Positions 61,195 through 64,000 of a stretch of DNA of 64,000 nucleotides are shown piece after piece; the first letter of the stretch is position 1, and every line of letters starts with the position of its first letter. This DNA comes from the human T2T-CHM13v2.0 reference genome, Homo sapiens. Under the pieces are notes generated by a model, which had not been told where the DNA came from, did no database searches, and worked only from the letters and a program-made list of their open reading frames with translations. The stretch lies in NCBI RefSeq assembly GCF_009914755.1, contig NC_060948.1; one strand, given 5' to 3'. A program made the position numbers and the translations under genes.

Positions 61195-63320
61195 AGATCC
61201 ATATTTTTTAAATGAAAAAAAATTTCAAAGGTACTCTGCTTGGTACAATAATCAAATGTATAAACTGAGGAATAAAACATAACCATGAAACCTACTTATA
61301 ACTGCATATGGAAAATACAGAGGATAATTTTTTAAATAACATATTTTGAAAGCCTTAACTAGTAATTTGAAGAGTTGGCATTTGAAAGGCCAGTATGAAT
61401 ATACCTTCAAAGCAGCAACACAGGTTCCCCATGAGAAAAAGCAAACTCAGGGAAAATAAAACCACAAAGGTTCAATCTCTTCTGACCTTTGAAAGACACA
61501 GCACAGACAGTGGTCCTTAGGACGAAGAGCAGGAGACCCCTAATTCCGTCACCATGGCGATAGGGCATAAACATTGCTGGGTGAGGGCACAATCCACATT
61601 GTGAGGTCCAACTGCTGCCAGGAAGACAGGAGTGCTTTTACATAGACCGAAAGGTCATTGAAGGCTCAGAGTTTTGTTTCAAGAACTGAATCCCAAGCCC
61701 ACACGTTATTAGGCTGCGCTTCTTAAAACAAGCTATGAGATGGGAAAAAGGGCACCCACAAACATACGTATACATTATGTATATAATAATATACAGTATC
61801 ATATACATAATATATATAACCTATGTATAATATTGTTTTACATCCTGCATCTTATACTATATATATTGTATAAAATATAATAATTGATAATATATAAGTT
61901 TTATATTTATACTATATGACATATATTATATATTATAATTTATGATATATATATTATATGTTATATATCATATATAGAATATATTATACGGTTAATATAC
62001 GTATTAAATATAAATTATATATTATATACATTATATATAATATATCTGTTATATATAATACACATTATGCATAATATATATATTATGTCTATGTTATATA
62101 TAGTATAAAACAACATATAATAATATATAATTGTATATATAAAAGGTGACATATAATATATATTATATTTTATGACATATGTAATATATATTATATATTA
62201 TATATAATACGTTGTATGTATAATACCTATATTAAATATATATGATATCACTATGTTATTAATTACATGTCACATGTGTTATATATTATATATTTTACAT
62301 ACAATATACCGGTTACATACAATATATACTATCTTACCTACAATGTATAATTTATTACATGTAAAATAAAGAATGCAGTATATTATGTATAATTTATAAT
62401 ATACAATATGTGGAATGCGATATATATAACATATAATATATGATATATGATATACAGTATATGATATATAACATACAATATATGATACCTAATATATATG
62501 GTATACAATATATATTTTATGATATGTATTCTATATGTTTTATATTCTGTTATATATAACTATTTGAAATTATATATAACTGTATAATATTTTATGTAAA
62601 TATGTAATATAATATATATAACTATATAATATATTATATATAAATATATATTATGTTATATATACTTTTATAACATAATTTACATAAAATGTCATAATAT
62701 AATATAGATTATATTATTTCATATTACATAATATATATTGCATATCACCCAATATAAGTAACATACATAATATTATAATATAGATTATATTATGTTATAT
62801 TAAATGTCATATATATCATGTATCATATATTCTATAATATATATTATACATTTTATAATATGTATGTTGTCTATTATGTGATATATATAACTATATATAA
62901 TTATATTATTATACATATAACTAGATAAACATGTAATTCTACATATTTTCATTTATAATATATAGAATTATATAATCATATATAATTATTTATATTCTAT
63001 AAAAAATTATATCATTATATAAATTATAATATATAAAAATTATAATACGTACTACAAATATATATATTATATATCATATATGATATAGTACCTTTGTTAT
63101 ATATCATAGTACATATAAATGTGTATTATGTTATCTATAATTATATAAATTCATATATAAGATGTATAATATGTATTATATATTATATATGTTATGTAAT
63201 ATATATAGTATATATAAGATGACACAGGATAAATATTATATACTATGACATATAAAATATATGAGGTTATATGTTACATATAAGGCATAGCACATAACAT
63301 GTAATATATATCATCTATAA

Positions 63321-63612
63321 TTTTTTTTTAGACAGAGTCTTGTCCTGTTGCACAGGATGGAGTACAATGGCGCCATCTTTGCTCACAGCAACATCTGCCT
63401 CACGGGTCTAAGCGATTGTCCTCCCTCAACCTCCCAGGTAGCTGGGACTACACCACACTGGGACTACACCAGCTGCCACCAGGCCTAGCTAATTTTTTGG
63501 ATTTTTAGTAGTGACAGCGTTTCACTGTATTGGCCAGGATGGTCTTGATCTCTTCACCTTGTGATCCCCTTGCCTTGGCCTCCAAATTTGCTGGGATTAC
63601 AGGCCTGAGCCA
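63321..63612 (-). mobile_element. Alu fragment, U27 (type J, more diverged)
   Basis: Same Alu with variants 'ggatgg', 'cacagc', 'gtctaag', 'caggcct'. Confidence 0.95.
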
Positions 63613-64000
63613 AGATCCATATTTTTTAAATGAAAAAAAATTTCAAAGGTACTCTGCTTGGTACAATAATCAAATGTATAAACTGAGGAATAAAACATAA
63701 CCATGAAAGCTACTTATAACTGCATATGGAAAATACAGAGGATAGTTTTTTAAATAACATATTTTGAAAGCCTTAACTAGCAATTTGAATAGTTGGCATT
63801 TGAAAGGACAGTATGAATATACATTCAAAGCAGCAACACAGGTTCCCCATGAGAAAAAGCAAACTCAGGGAAAATAAAACCACAAAGGTTCAATCTCTTC
63901 TGATCTTTGAAAGACACAGCACAGACAGTGGTCCTTAGGAGGAAGAGCGGGAGACCCCTAATTCCGTCACCATGGCGATAGGGCATAAACATTGCTAGGT

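Overview
The whole 64-kb window is one head-to-tail tandem array of a 2,418-2,420-bp composite unit (~26.5 copies, all in the same orientation). Each unit has three parts on the + strand: an antisense, slightly 5'-truncated, decayed Alu (~292 bp), a ~570-bp moderately GC-rich segment (HSATI-like), and a ~1.56-kb extremely AT-rich domain. This matches the human satellite DYZ2/HSat1B, best known from Yq12 heterochromatin and also present on acrocentric short arms. The GGCC sites in the unit predict a 2,145-bp HaeIII fragment, consistent with the classical ~2.1-kb male-specific band. There are no credible genes: every listed ORF is an incidental frame of the repeat. I found no new protein-coding or defence-type system. 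What stands out is structure within the array. Unit variants follow the order A B A B A' C D E F G H B' B A' C D E C D E F G F' G' I I' J, with nested 2-, 3-, 9- and 12-unit duplication offsets, mappable crossover junctions, discordant SNPs suggesting conversion, and more diverged units in the last ~6 kb. Relics of the founding Alu insertion are also visible. Units U1-U27 are numbered from each Alu poly-T start. All comparisons were made by eye and need confirming by alignment.
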